A DNA stretch of 64,000 nucleotides from an uncultured delta proteobacterium (lineage in GTDB: Bacteria > Myxococcota_A > Polyangia > Fen-1088). The position numbers and the translations under genes were made by a program. The DNA lies in assembly GCA_963796685.1 (NCBI GenBank), contig CAWCMR010000012.1, forward strand, positions 1-64,000, given 5' to 3'. The notes under the pieces were generated by a model. It was not told the origin of the DNA. It made no database searches and was given only the letters and a program-made list of their open reading frames with translations. Shown piece by piece: positions 10,770 to 20,974 of this stretch (positions are counted from its first letter, which is position 1; every line of letters starts with the position of its first letter).

Positions 10770-13700
10770 ATGAAGGACAACCCAGGGAAGATTGGAATCG
10801 ATATCGGCGCGGTGTCTTTGAAGGCCGTGCGCCTCGGCAGCGACGGAGAAGTCGTCAAAACCTTCTACGCCAGGCACCGCGGCGAGCCCGCCAAGGCGCT
10901 GGAGGCGGCCATGGCCGAGCTGGCGGTGACGGCGGGTGACGCCATCGGGTTTTGCGGGTCCAACGCCGCGCGTTTTTGCGAATCGTTCGAATTGCGCAGG
11001 TTGGACCTTGCCTCCTGCCAGATCCCCGTGGTGCTGGCCCAGTTCCCGGACGTCGCCAACATCATCGATATTGGCGGTGGTTCGGTCACGCTGTTGCAGC
11101 TCGACGCCCAAGGCCACTTTCAAAACTACGCCACCAACTCCATGTGTGCGGCGGGCACGGGCTCGTTTCTCGACGAGCAGGCCGCGCGCCTCGGCATCTC
11201 GTACGACGACGCGGGCCTGGTAGGCCAAGTCGCCGAGCCGCCGTCCATCGCGACCCGCTGCTCGGTGTTCGCCAAGAGCGATCTCATTCACCGCCAGCAG
11301 GAAGGCTACAGCAAGGCCGCCATGTGGTCGGGCCTGTGCCGCGGCATGACCCGCACCCTGGTCGGAACCCTTTTGCGCGCCAAGCCCCTCGACAAACCGA
11401 CCGCCATCGTGGGCGGCGTGGCCTTGAACAAAGAGGTCTTGCGCTGGCTTGACGCCGCCTATCCGGGCCTTTTGCGCATCCCTTCGCAGCCACACTTGAT
11501 CGGTGCCCTCGGCGCGGCAAGCAAGGGCAGCGTGCCCGGGCACCTACCCTCGCGCGAGGCCATCCACCGCATCGCCGCCACCGGCGACGTCGAGTACCAC
11601 GATTGGCCGCTGACCCTCGAGAAGTCGACCTACCCCGACTTCGCCACCGCCGAGTCCTACGTCGACGCCGACAACAACGAAGTGCGCGTGGTGTCCTGGC
11701 CGGACGGCGAGGCCCTGCGCGCGTACCTCGGCATCGACATTGGGTCGACCAGCACCAAGCTGGCGCTCATCGATGAACACGACGAGCTCAAGGTCGACAT
11801 CTACCGCAAGACCGCCGGCGATCCGGTCGGCGCCACGCAGAAGCTCTTCCGCGCCCTGCGCGAGCTGGAACGCAAGAAGGGAGTGCGTATCGAGATCCTG
11901 GGCGCTGCCACCACGGGCAGCGGTCGCAAGATCGTGGGCGAGGTCATCGGCGCCGACAGCATCGTCAACGAGATCAGCGCCCACGTGGCGGGCGCGACCT
12001 ACACCGATCCCAACGTCGACACCATCTTCGAGATTGGCGGTCAGGACGCCAAGTACATGCACATCGCGGACGGGCACATCCGCGATGCCAACATGAACTA
12101 CGTGTGCGCCGCGGGTACCGGCTCGTTCATCGAGGAGCAGGCCAACAAGCTCGGTTACAAGGTCGCCGACGTGGGCGCCGCCGTGCTGGGCAAGAGACCC
12201 CCGCGCGCCACCGATCGCTGCACCGTCTTCATGGAGCAGGACGTGATGCGCTTCATCGAGGGCGGCGCCTCGCGCGAGGAGGCGCTGGCCGCGGTCATGG
12301 TCGCGGTGGCCAAGAACTACCTCAACAAGGTCGTGGGCAACCGTCACTACAGCCGTAAGCGCATCATGTTCCAGGGCGCGACGGCACGGAACAAGGCGCT
12401 GGTCGCGGCGTTCGAGCGGCTGCTCGACGTCGAGGTGGTGGTGTCGCCATACTGTCACGTCATGGGCGCGTTCGGCGTGGCCCTGCTGGCCCGCCAAGCG
12501 ATGGCGGAGAAGAGCGCAGCCGCGTTGGGCGCCGACGGGCTTCTCCCGGCGGGGACCGTCGCGGGAGGGGATGGGAACCCTCCCAGGGTTCCCATGATGA
12601 AATCGCGTTTTCACGGCCTCGACCTCGAAAGCCGCAAGGTGACCCTGCGCAAGGAAAACTGCGACCTGTGCCAGAACGATTGCAGCATCACCTACGCCGA
12701 GATCGAAGGCGTCGAGGGCGCACCGACACCCTCGTGGGGCTACATGTGCGGTCGCGACCCGGCGGAACAGAAGGTGCGCAAGAGCCCGCACGACCGCATG
12801 CTGCGGCTTCGCCAGCGCATCTGGCGCGAGGCGGGCGCGGGCGTGAAGGTGGCGGACGACGCACGCACCATCGGCCTCCCTCAGTCGCTGATCATGTACA
12901 CGTACTACCCGATGTGGCAGCGCTTCTTCAACACGCTCGGGTTCAAGGTGCAGCTCTCCGGCCCGACCACGGACGAGATCCGCGAGCTCGGCCCGCGCAT
13001 GGCCGGCGCGGACTTCTGCTTCCCGGCCAAGCTGGCCTTGGGCCACGTGGCCAAGCTGGCCATGCAGGACGGGGTCGATTTCGTCTTCGTCCCGCACGTC
13101 AAGAACACGCCGGCCAACGAAGAGACCACGGGCACCACCGTGTGTCCCTTCGTCCAGGGGACCGCCTCCGCCGCGCGCACGGCGCTGATGATGAATCACG
13201 TCGACGCCTCTCGCCTGCTCGTCCCGCTGGTCGACATGCGCATGCGCGAGAACGAGATCATCAAGACCCTGTCCGACGGGCTGTCGCGAGCCCTCGGCTG
13301 CTCGTCGCGAAACATCAAGAAGGCGTGGCGCGCGGGCCTGGAGGCGCAGGCCGATTTCGAGAACCGCTGCTACGACGAGGGCGCGAAGTTCATCGCCGAG
13401 GCCGAGGCGAAGAAGGAAAACGTCATCCTGCTGGTCGGCCGTCCCTACAACAACTACGACGCCGGCGCGAATCTCGGCCTGCCGCAGAAGATCGCGGATC
13501 TCGGCCGCACCGTCCTGCCCATGGACTTCATCAAGCCCGAGCTCGGCCGCCTGGGCGAGCGCTACCGCAACGCCTTCTGGAGCTACGGCCAGAAGATCCT
13601 GGCTGCGCTGGAAAAAGCCGCCGAGAGCGACATCATGGACGTGGTCTACCTGACCAACTTCTCGTGCGGGCCGGACAGCTTTTTGCTCAGCTACGCCGAG

Positions 13701-15140
13701 GAGATCATGGGCAACCGGCCCATGCTCATGCTCGAGCTCGACGAGCACGGCGCCGATGCCGGCTACATGACTCGGCTCGAGGCGTTCTTCGACGTGCTCC
13801 GCCGCCCGCGCCCGCCGCGCGGTTCGCGCACCGAGGTGCGCCCCGAACCCACCGACATGCGCGACCGCACCATCTGGTTGCCGCCCATGCACCCCTTCGG
13901 CACGCGCCTCTTTGCCGCGGCCTTCCGCTCGCACGGCTACGACGCCCGCCTGTTGCCCGAGGAAAACAAGGAGTCCTTCGAGATCGGCCGCTCCCTCACC
14001 CGCGGCTCCGAGTGCCTGCCCTGCGCGCTGACTCTCGGCACCTTCCTCAAGACCCTGCGCGAGCAACCGCGCGGCGGCAAGCACGCCTTCTTCATGCCCA
14101 GCTCCAAGGGCCCGTGCCGGTTCGGCCAGTACACGATTCTGCACCGGCAGATCCTCGAGCGCGAGGGCCTCGGCCACGAGGTCGCCATCCTGGCCCCGGC
14201 GTCGAACAACGCCTACCAGGGGCTCGACAGCCCCATGCGCAAGTCGCTGTTCAAGGCCATCGCCTGCGCCGACATCCTGCTCAAAGCCCAGTGCAAGGTG
14301 CGGCCCTACGAGGTCAAGATGGGCGAGACCGATCGCGTGGTGAACGAAGGCCTCGAGTTGGTTTGCCGGGCCGTCGAAGAGCACGGCGACATCCCCGCCG
14401 CCCTGAAGGTCGCCATCCAGAAGATCGCGGCCATCGAGACCGCGGGTCCGCGCAAGCCGCTGGTCGGCATCGTGGGCGAGATCTACGTGCGCAACAACGT
14501 CTACGCCAACGAGGATGTCATCGGTGCCATCGAGATGTTCGGGGGCGAGGCGTGGATGCTGCCCATCACCGACTGGATCCTCTACACCTCGTCACTGGAG
14601 AACTACAAAGAAGAGTTCCCGTCGACCATCCTCTCGTGGGACAAGGCCGACACCTTCATCACCTACACCTGGATGAAGCACTGGGAGAAGAAGCTGATGG
14701 AGGCGGCCAGCCCCCTCCTCGACGATCGGCACGAGCCCGCCTTCCAGGAATGCCTGGAGATCGCCACGCCCTACATCCCCTTCTACCTGGGCGGCGAGGG
14801 CAAGCTGTCGGTGGGGCGGGCCATCAAGTTCGCGCAGCAGGGCGCGGCCATGGTGGTGAACTGCGCGCCCTTCGGCTGCATGCCCGAAACCGTGGCCACC
14901 GCGATCTTCGGACGGCTTTCGGCGGACGTCGACATGCCCATCGTCAGTCTCTTCTACGACGGCAGCGGCGGACAGAATCGCCGGCTCGAGGTCTTCCTCA
15001 ACAACGCGGTTCGAGGCCGGCGCGGCCTGGCCGGGATCACCGAAGGCGCGGGCAAGCTTGCCACCGAATTCCCGAATCGCGATCAGCTCGTGCCCGCGCA
15101 GAATCTTACGTCGCGCGTGCGTCCCGGCGGCGAAGCGTAG
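10770..15140 (+). CDS. CoA-substrate-specific enzyme activase (two BadF/BadG/BcrA/BcrD ATPase domains plus DUF2229-like and HgdC/D-like C-terminal domains)
   Basis: GIDIG x2, CAAGTGSF x2, RCSVF/RCTVF, DFCFPAK, NFSCGPDS, GPCRFGQY, PFGCMP. Confidence 0.92.
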   Translation: MKDNPGKIGIDIGAVSLKAVRLGSDGEVVKTFYARHRGEPAKALEAAMAELAVTAGDAIGFCGSNAARFCESFELRRLDLASCQIPVVLAQFPDVANIIDIGGGSVTLLQLDAQGHFQNYATNSMCAAGTGSFLDEQAARLGISYDDAGLVGQVAEPPSIATRCSVFAKSDLIHRQQEGYSKAAMWSGLCRGMTRTLVGTLLRAKPLDKPTAIVGGVALNKEVLRWLDAAYPGLLRIPSQPHLIGALGAASKGSVPGHLPSREAIHRIAATGDVEYHDWPLTLEKSTYPDFATAESYVDADNNEVRVVSWPDGEALRAYLGIDIGSTSTKLALIDEHDELKVDIYRKTAGDPVGATQKLFRALRELERKKGVRIEILGAATTGSGRKIVGEVIGADSIVNEISAHVAGATYTDPNVDTIFEIGGQDAKYMHIADGHIRDANMNYVCAAGTGSFIEEQANKLGYKVADVGAAVLGKRPPRATDRCTVFMEQDVMRFIEGGASREEALAAVMVAVAKNYLNKVVGNRHYSRKRIMFQGATARNKALVAAFERLLDVEVVVSPYCHVMGAFGVALLARQAMAEKSAAALGADGLLPAGTVAGGDGNPPRVPMMKSRFHGLDLESRKVTLRKENCDLCQNDCSITYAEIEGVEGAPTPSWGYMCGRDPAEQKVRKSPHDRMLRLRQRIWREAGAGVKVADDARTIGLPQSLIMYTYYPMWQRFFNTLGFKVQLSGPTTDEIRELGPRMAGADFCFPAKLALGHVAKLAMQDGVDFVFVPHVKNTPANEETTGTTVCPFVQGTASAARTALMMNHVDASRLLVPLVDMRMRENEIIKTLSDGLSRALGCSSRNIKKAWRAGLEAQADFENRCYDEGAKFIAEAEAKKENVILLVGRPYNNYDAGANLGLPQKIADLGRTVLPMDFIKPELGRLGERYRNAFWSYGQKILAALEKAAESDIMDVVYLTNFSCGPDSFLLSYAEEIMGNRPMLMLELDEHGADAGYMTRLEAFFDVLRRPRPPRGSRTEVRPEPTDMRDRTIWLPPMHPFGTRLFAAAFRSHGYDARLLPEENKESFEIGRSLTRGSECLPCALTLGTFLKTLREQPRGGKHAFFMPSSKGPCRFGQYTILHRQILEREGLGHEVAILAPASNNAYQGLDSPMRKSLFKAIACADILLKAQCKVRPYEVKMGETDRVVNEGLELVCRAVEEHGDIPAALKVAIQKIAAIETAGPRKPLVGIVGEIYVRNNVYANEDVIGAIEMFGGEAWMLPITDWILYTSSLENYKEEFPSTILSWDKADTFITYTWMKHWEKKLMEAASPLLDDRHEPAFQECLEIATPYIPFYLGGEGKLSVGRAIKFAQQGAAMVVNCAPFGCMPETVATAIFGRLSADVDMPIVSLFYDGSGGQNRRLEVFLNNAVRGRRGLAGITEGAGKLATEFPNRDQLVPAQNLTSRVRPGGEA
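13094..15140 (+). repeat. Copy 1 of a 2047-bp diverged direct repeat (3' part of the activase gene)
   Basis: Colinear with 24205-26251, same length, ends at the shared stop codon. Confidence 0.95.
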
Positions 15141-15231
15141 AACGGGCCCCGGCCGGCCCGGTCGGCCCGATTGGGCTCCTAGCTCGCGGGTGCTTGCGGC
15201 TCGGGCGGCAACGCCGGCTGACCTTCGTAAA

Positions 15232-15435
15232 CAAGCCAAATCCTGCGCATCTTCATCGATACCGTGGCGGCCGACTACCGCAAGCGACTGGCGGGACGGG
15301 ACATCTCAGCCGGCAAGCTCCGCCCGGCGCGGACACCTGACGGCGCCGGGTGACGGTGAGGTCACGTCGTGACCGACGAGACCGTGGGCGACAAAGATCC
15401 GAGCCGTCCGCGGTCGCCGCCGCTACAGGTGCTCT
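15232..15435 (+). pseudogene. IS91/Y2-transposase-like remnant
   Basis: Encodes SQILRIFIDTVAADYRKR, homologous to GQVLRIFTDTVA at 26268. Also TAPGDGEVT...DETVGDKDP fragments. Confidence 0.5.
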
Positions 15436-15701
15436 GGCAATGCCCGAAGCCCACATGCGCTGCCGCTTCACCGATTCGACTGGCTTTCCGGCACTTCCTG
15501 GCGCCGCTCCGGGCGAACGCAGCCTATCGGGACCTGGCGAACCGTCAAGAAAGTCGGGGCAGGGCGGTTAACATCACGGCGCGCCGCGTATGACATCAAG
15601 AATCGGCCATGCCGGTGAGCGCCCGGCCACGATTCCGCCTAAATTATCGTTAGGAAAGCCGGGAGAGTATCATTTCGCCCAGCCATGCTGCCCGATCTTC
15701 C

Positions 15702-18380
15702 ATGAGCCCCACCAACCACAGCCCTGCACCGACACAGCCCGAGCCAGCGTTCCCCTACGGAGCAAGCTGGGTCAGGGTGGACTTCCACCTGCACACGGTG
15801 GCCGACAAGGAGTTTCGTTTCTCCGGCGACTCGAACTACTACCATAGCAACTACGTCGATGCGTTGGAGAAGGCAGGGATCCGGCTGGGGGTGATCACCA
15901 ACCACAACAAGTTCGAAATCGAGGAGTTCAAGGCGCTGCGTTCAGCGGCCAAGAAGAAGGGGATCGCCCTGTTGCCCGGCGTTGAGCTGTCGGTAAGCGA
16001 GGGGGCCAACGGGATCCATACCCTCGTCGTGTTCGCGGAGGAATGGCTCGCGGAGGGCCGGGACTACATCAATCCGTTCATGACCGTCGCATTCGAGGGG
16101 AAGGTACCGTCACAGTTCGAAAACGAGAATGGTCGGTCGTCGCTCTCACTTCGAGAGACCATTCAGAAGCTGGAAGGCTACAGTCGGGACTTCTTTCTAG
16201 TTTTCGCTCACGTGGAGGACGGGAACGGCCTGTGGGCTGAGCTCGAAGGTGGGCGTCTCCAAGAATTGGGAAACGAAGAGCTCTTTCACCGTCGCACCTT
16301 GGGATTTCAGAAGGTCCGCACGCACGATGGCGCTGGCAAAGGCGCGCCCTGCCGAACCAAGGTTCAAGAATGGTTGAAGGACGCCTATCCTGCCGAGGTC
16401 GAGGGCAGTGATCCGAAGAGGCTCGAGGAGATCGGTAAGGGCGAGCCCTGCTATCTCAAGCTGGGCGAGCTGTCCTTCGAGGCGGTCAAGTTTGCTTTGC
16501 GCGCCCATCGCGACCGAGTCGCAAAAGAGATCCCGCGTCGATCCACTTCCTGTCTCCGCAGCGCCCATTTCGAAGGCGGCGTCCTCGATGGTCAGACGAT
16601 TCGATTCTCGCCGGAGCTGAACGCGCTGATCGGCATTCGCGGCAGCGGCAAGTCGTCGATTCTGGAAACCATCCGCTACGCCCTCGACATCCCTCTTCCA
16701 CAAGGCAGACGGGCAGCGGACGTAGAGTACAAAGACGGTCTCGTGAAGCACGCCCTCGGCAGCGGTGGAAAAGTCACCCTCACTGCGGTTGACACCTACG
16801 GCCAGGAATTCACCGTGTCGCGCATCTTCCGCGAGATGCCCAACGTGTATCTCGCTGGCAAGTTACAGCCCGGCGTATCCATCCGCGAAACGGTGCTTCG
16901 GGGCCCCATCTACTTCGGCCAGAAAGAGCTCGCGGCCGGCGACGCGCAAGATCTGGTCGAAAAGCTCACCGGCGAAAAGCTGGCGCCTTTGCGGGCGCAG
17001 ATCGAGGAACAAAGGCAGAAGGTCAAAGACGCGGTAGAGCGCTTCCGCAGGTTGAAGGACTCGGCACAGCAGAAGGCGGAGTACGAGAGACAGCTCAGCG
17101 ACGCGGAGTTCCGGCTCAAGAAGTTCAAGGAACACGGCGTGGAGAGCAAGCTCAACCGTCGCCTTGGCTTCCAGAAGGACCAGGGTCTCCTTGACCGGGT
17201 CGGCTCCCGCGTGGTCGCCTTTCAACACGGGTTGGAGAGCTTCGTTGCAGAACACGAAGACGATCTACGCAATGCCGCGTCCTACCAGTCCACGGAGAAC
17301 AAAGCCTTCTTCGAACGGTACTTCGACGAATACCGTGGCGTGCTTGCGCAGTTGGACGCCCTGAAGGAAGCCCAGTCGAAACTGGGCGCTACTTCTGCGA
17401 GGCTCGACCAGATGCGGGCCGAGTTCGACGCCACCGCAAGGGGGCTTCAGGACGAGTTTGCCCAGATCGAGCGTGCGTTGGCGGAAGAGCTGAGGCAGAC
17501 CGGCTCGGCGGCGATTCAGCCCGACGACTTCCTGCAACAGCAACAGAGGAAGCTCAAGGCCGAGCAAATGATTGAGGCCTTGACCAAGCAGGAGGCACAA
17601 CAAGTCTCCAGTCGCGACGCCCTCCTGAAGGAGCTCGATGCTCTGAACGAATTGTGGCTAAAGGAATTCAAGACCATCAAGACCGAGCTGGACCGCGTGA
17701 ACGCCAACCACACTGCCTTGCAGGTTGAGTTGAAATTCAAAGGGGACAAGGACGCGGCCATCGCGTTCATGAAGAGCCTCTACAAGGGCAGCGCCATCCG
17801 CGAGACGACCCTAACGTCCGTGATGGAGGACTACGCCGACTTCGGCGCCCTCTTTCGCGACCTTGGCCAGGCCAAGACCAAGGCGGGTAGCTCTCCAGAC
17901 CTCTTCGAAGAGAGATTCTTGGAGAACCTCTCCGAGCTCCTCACCTGGCAGGTGCCAAACCGCTTCCGGATCCTCTACCGCAACAAGGAGCTGCGACACC
18001 ATTCTCTTGGACAGCGCGCTTCCGCTCTCATTCTCTTTGTGCTGAGCCAGCGAAAGAATGACGTCATCATCATCGACCAGCCTGAGGACGATCTCGATAA
18101 CCAGACGATCTACGACGATGTCATCGCGCTGCTGTGCAAGCTCAAGCCGCAGACCCAGTTCATCTTTGCCACCCACAACCCCAACGTGCCGGTGCTGGGT
18201 GACGCAGAACAGGTCCACGCCTGCAGCTACCAAGACGACAAGATCCAGGTGCAAAGCGGTGGTATTGATGCCCAAACCATCCAGGAAGACATCATCGGGA
18301 TCATGGAAGGCGGACGCGAGGCTTTCGCCAAGCGCTCCGACATCTACGGCCAATGGAAACAGCAGAGCTCATCGAAATAG
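15702..18380 (+). CDS. PHP phosphoesterase fused to a coiled-coil ABC/SMC-like ATPase (TrlF/Ppl-like)
   Basis: DFHLHT, ITNHN and GVEL..H PHP motifs. Walker A GIRGSGKS, long coiled coil, SLGQR signature, IIIDQPEDDLDN, ATHN. Confidence 0.88.
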   Translation: MSPTNHSPAPTQPEPAFPYGASWVRVDFHLHTVADKEFRFSGDSNYYHSNYVDALEKAGIRLGVITNHNKFEIEEFKALRSAAKKKGIALLPGVELSVSEGANGIHTLVVFAEEWLAEGRDYINPFMTVAFEGKVPSQFENENGRSSLSLRETIQKLEGYSRDFFLVFAHVEDGNGLWAELEGGRLQELGNEELFHRRTLGFQKVRTHDGAGKGAPCRTKVQEWLKDAYPAEVEGSDPKRLEEIGKGEPCYLKLGELSFEAVKFALRAHRDRVAKEIPRRSTSCLRSAHFEGGVLDGQTIRFSPELNALIGIRGSGKSSILETIRYALDIPLPQGRRAADVEYKDGLVKHALGSGGKVTLTAVDTYGQEFTVSRIFREMPNVYLAGKLQPGVSIRETVLRGPIYFGQKELAAGDAQDLVEKLTGEKLAPLRAQIEEQRQKVKDAVERFRRLKDSAQQKAEYERQLSDAEFRLKKFKEHGVESKLNRRLGFQKDQGLLDRVGSRVVAFQHGLESFVAEHEDDLRNAASYQSTENKAFFERYFDEYRGVLAQLDALKEAQSKLGATSARLDQMRAEFDATARGLQDEFAQIERALAEELRQTGSAAIQPDDFLQQQQRKLKAEQMIEALTKQEAQQVSSRDALLKELDALNELWLKEFKTIKTELDRVNANHTALQVELKFKGDKDAAIAFMKSLYKGSAIRETTLTSVMEDYADFGALFRDLGQAKTKAGSSPDLFEERFLENLSELLTWQVPNRFRILYRNKELRHHSLGQRASALILFVLSQRKNDVIIIDQPEDDLDNQTIYDDVIALLCKLKPQTQFIFATHNPNVPVLGDAEQVHACSYQDDKIQVQSGGIDAQTIQEDIIGIMEGGREAFAKRSDIYGQWKQQSSSK

Positions 18381-19516
18381 TCAGCCGGGGCGAGGATAGT
18401 CGACACCAGTTCAAGGCCAATGTGACCAATGAAGTGCAATTGGCACAGGAGATTGTTGCGTTCAGCAATAGTGGCGGTGGGCAAATTGTCATCGGCGTTG
18501 CCGAAGGCGACCACGCGATCCGTGGGCTCGATGCCGCAGGCATCGGCCGACTCAACCAGCTCGTCTCCAATGCGGCCTCGCAGCATGTACGTCCGGCGGT
18601 TAATCCCATCACGGAGAATGTTGCCCACCCCCAGGGCACTGTCATGGTAGTGACGATTATGGATGGGGTGGCGAAACCCTACATGGACAAGGATGGCGTG
18701 ATTTGGGTCAAGACCGGCGCCGATAAGCGAAAAGCTACCTCACGTGAAGAAATCCAGCGCATGTTTCAGCAAAGCAGCCTGGTTCACGCCGACGAAGTCC
18801 CTGTCACCGGAACTGGCGTAGGCGACGTGGATCTGGCCTACTTCGAGGCGTTCTTCAATCAGCAACCGTTCGATGCGCCTCTTGTCAACCAGCCGGTCCC
18901 CTTGCCACGGCTGCTGACCAACATGAACCTCATGCGCGGCGAATTCCTCAACCTCGCAGCGGTTCTGCTCTTCGCTCGTGCTCCGCAATACCGATTGCCG
19001 GCATTCATCGCGAAGGCCATTGCGTATCCTGGTGTAGAGGCCGATGAGGCAGCGTATCTGGATTCGCGCGACATCGTGGGAAGGCTGGCCGATGTGTTTC
19101 AGCAGGCGTTGGGCTTTCTGAGCGCAAACACAGGAACCCATCAAGGCGACCGGGGTGTCAACTCTACCGGAGAACCCGAGATCCCGAGGATTGTATGGGA
19201 AGAGCTCGTCGCCAATGCGCTCGTTCATCGCGACTATTTCATCACCGCGCCTGTTCGCATCTTCGTATTCGCCGATCGGGTCGAGATCATCAGTCCTGGC
19301 CATCTTCCGAACAATCTCACCGTGGAAAACATCTTGAAGGGCAACTCGAACATCTGGAATCCGGTCCTGGCGTCCTTCGCCGCGAAGCTCCTGCCGTACC
19401 GAGGATTGGGCAACGGCATCCTGAGAGCAAAGAAGGCCTATGCCGAAATCGAGTTCACCGATGATCGTGAAGCCAACCTGTTCAAGGTGACCGTGGCGCG
19501 ACCAGGGCGCGGTTAG
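18353..19516 (+). CDS. AlbA_2 (Schlafen-like) domain plus HATPase_c_4-like C-terminal domain protein
   Basis: GEDSRHQFK, EIVAFSNSGGGQIVIGV, ELVANALVHRDY, DRVEIISPG. Overlaps the upstream gene by 28 bp. Confidence 0.85.
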   Translation: METAELIEIVSRGEDSRHQFKANVTNEVQLAQEIVAFSNSGGGQIVIGVAEGDHAIRGLDAAGIGRLNQLVSNAASQHVRPAVNPITENVAHPQGTVMVVTIMDGVAKPYMDKDGVIWVKTGADKRKATSREEIQRMFQQSSLVHADEVPVTGTGVGDVDLAYFEAFFNQQPFDAPLVNQPVPLPRLLTNMNLMRGEFLNLAAVLLFARAPQYRLPAFIAKAIAYPGVEADEAAYLDSRDIVGRLADVFQQALGFLSANTGTHQGDRGVNSTGEPEIPRIVWEELVANALVHRDYFITAPVRIFVFADRVEIISPGHLPNNLTVENILKGNSNIWNPVLASFAAKLLPYRGLGNGILRAKKAYAEIEFTDDREANLFKVTVARPGRG

Positions 19517-19656
19517 GGCGGCCGCACGAGACCTTGCAGCACCGGCGCAGGTTCGATGCGTCACCTCGGCTCGGTCCTGGTTGTTTCCGTCTTCCTCTCC
19601 GCGCCTTCCTGTGGACGAATTGTCACACTGGCGCCGCTGACGCCCACCAAGTCGAT

Positions 19657-20571
19657 ATGACCAACACCACGATTCCACCTTTCACCCCGAACCCCTTGTG
19701 TCCTGACTGCGCAAATTCACCAGGCGATGCGACGTGCGTCTACGCGGCCGTGCGCGGTGACAGGCCTGCCCTGGAGGAGCTGATACGCCGCCACCAGGGT
19801 TTCGTGCACAGCCTCGCGCGGAGGATGCTCTACTCGCCCGAGGATGCGGCCGACGCCACTCAGGAAATCCTGATCCAGATCGTGACCAGCTTGGCGTCGT
19901 TTCGTGGCGAGGCCAGTTTCCGCACGTGGGCGTATCGGATCGCCGTGCGACACCTGCTCGCCTGCAAGAAGGGACGTGTGGAAAACGTAGTGCGCGGCTT
20001 CGGATGTTTCGCGCAAACCCTCGATGCCACCCCAAACCTCGACCCACCTGACGAGGGTACCCTTCCCGTCGATGTCCTCTTGGTCATCGAAGAGGCGAAG
20101 GTGGGGTGCCTGATGGCGATGCTGCTGTGCCTCGATCGAGAGTATCGCGTGGCTTTCGTTCTGGGCGAGATCTTCGAGGCAAGTGACGTCGTGGCTGCGG
20201 AGGTACTCGGCATTTCCAGCGACAACTTCCGGCAGCGGCTAGCGCGTGCACGCGAGAAATTGCGCCAGTTCCTCACGGGGCGTTGCGGGCTCCTCGATGA
20301 TCACGGAAGCTGCCATTGCGCGCGCAAGACCAAGGGATTCATCAACCAGGGAATCGTCGATCCATTACGCCTTCGCTTTACCCAGGTACACCTCGATCAC
20401 ACCAAGGAACAAGCCATCGTGGGAGTGCGCGACCTGCAACACCACGTCGAGCAAGCCTACGTCCAACTACTGCGCTCACAGCCCCTGCCCGAGCCGCCTC
20501 CCTTCGCGGAGATCCTGCGCGATGTGCTCGCGCATCCCCAGGTTCGACAAACCCTCAACTTGGAGAACTGA
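19657..20571 (+). CDS. ECF RNA polymerase sigma factor with Cys-rich C-terminal extension
   Basis: DAADATQE, FRGEASFRTWAYRIA, region 4 (AAEVLGISSDNFRQRLARAR), then CGLLDDHGSCHC. Confidence 0.88.
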   Translation: MTNTTIPPFTPNPLCPDCANSPGDATCVYAAVRGDRPALEELIRRHQGFVHSLARRMLYSPEDAADATQEILIQIVTSLASFRGEASFRTWAYRIAVRHLLACKKGRVENVVRGFGCFAQTLDATPNLDPPDEGTLPVDVLLVIEEAKVGCLMAMLLCLDREYRVAFVLGEIFEASDVVAAEVLGISSDNFRQRLARAREKLRQFLTGRCGLLDDHGSCHCARKTKGFINQGIVDPLRLRFTQVHLDHTKEQAIVGVRDLQHHVEQAYVQLLRSQPLPEPPPFAEILRDVLAHPQVRQTLNLEN

Positions 20572-20572
20572 C

Positions 20573-20974
20573 GTGGATCGCTCAACCATCGAACGCCAGG
20601 TGTGGGCTGTGGTCTCGGAGCTGAACCGGCTGTGGACCGTGGAGGGCAAACCCGAGCGGCTGGTTGACTACTTCGCGCCCGAGATGATCGCCATCACGCC
20701 CACCGACAACTTTCGTCGCGAAGGCCAGGCATCCTGTGTGGCCGGCTGGACCGACTTCGTGCGTGCGTCGCGCATACGTCGTTGGGTGGGAAAGAATCCC
20801 AAGGTGCTGGTGCTCCATGATGGACGCCGCGCGGTGGTGGCATACGACTTCGAGATAGACTACGAGATGGGCGGCCACCGCGTGGAGATGCGGGGGCGCG
20901 ACCTCATGACCTTTGAAAGTCGCGATGGCCGCTGGTGGCTGGTCGCCGACATGTTCGCGCCCGCACCGGGATAG
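20573..20974 (+). CDS. NTF2/SnoaL-like (DUF4440) protein
   Basis: 133 aa, GTG start 1 bp after the sigma stop, C-terminus GRDLMTFESRDGRWWLVADMF. Confidence 0.75.
   Translation: MDRSTIERQVWAVVSELNRLWTVEGKPERLVDYFAPEMIAITPTDNFRREGQASCVAGWTDFVRASRIRRWVGKNPKVLVLHDGRRAVVAYDFEIDYEMGGHRVEMRGRDLMTFESRDGRWWLVADMFAPAPG

Noticed and set aside
3875-15340. Long alternative-frame and antisense ORFs (e.g. 3875-6841, 4357-6807, 11544-14384, 12668-15340; likewise 51384-54059)
   Set aside because: Shadow ORFs expected from high GC3 codon bias. They are Arg/Ala/Gly-rich with no motifs, apart from short frameshifted pieces of the real genes.
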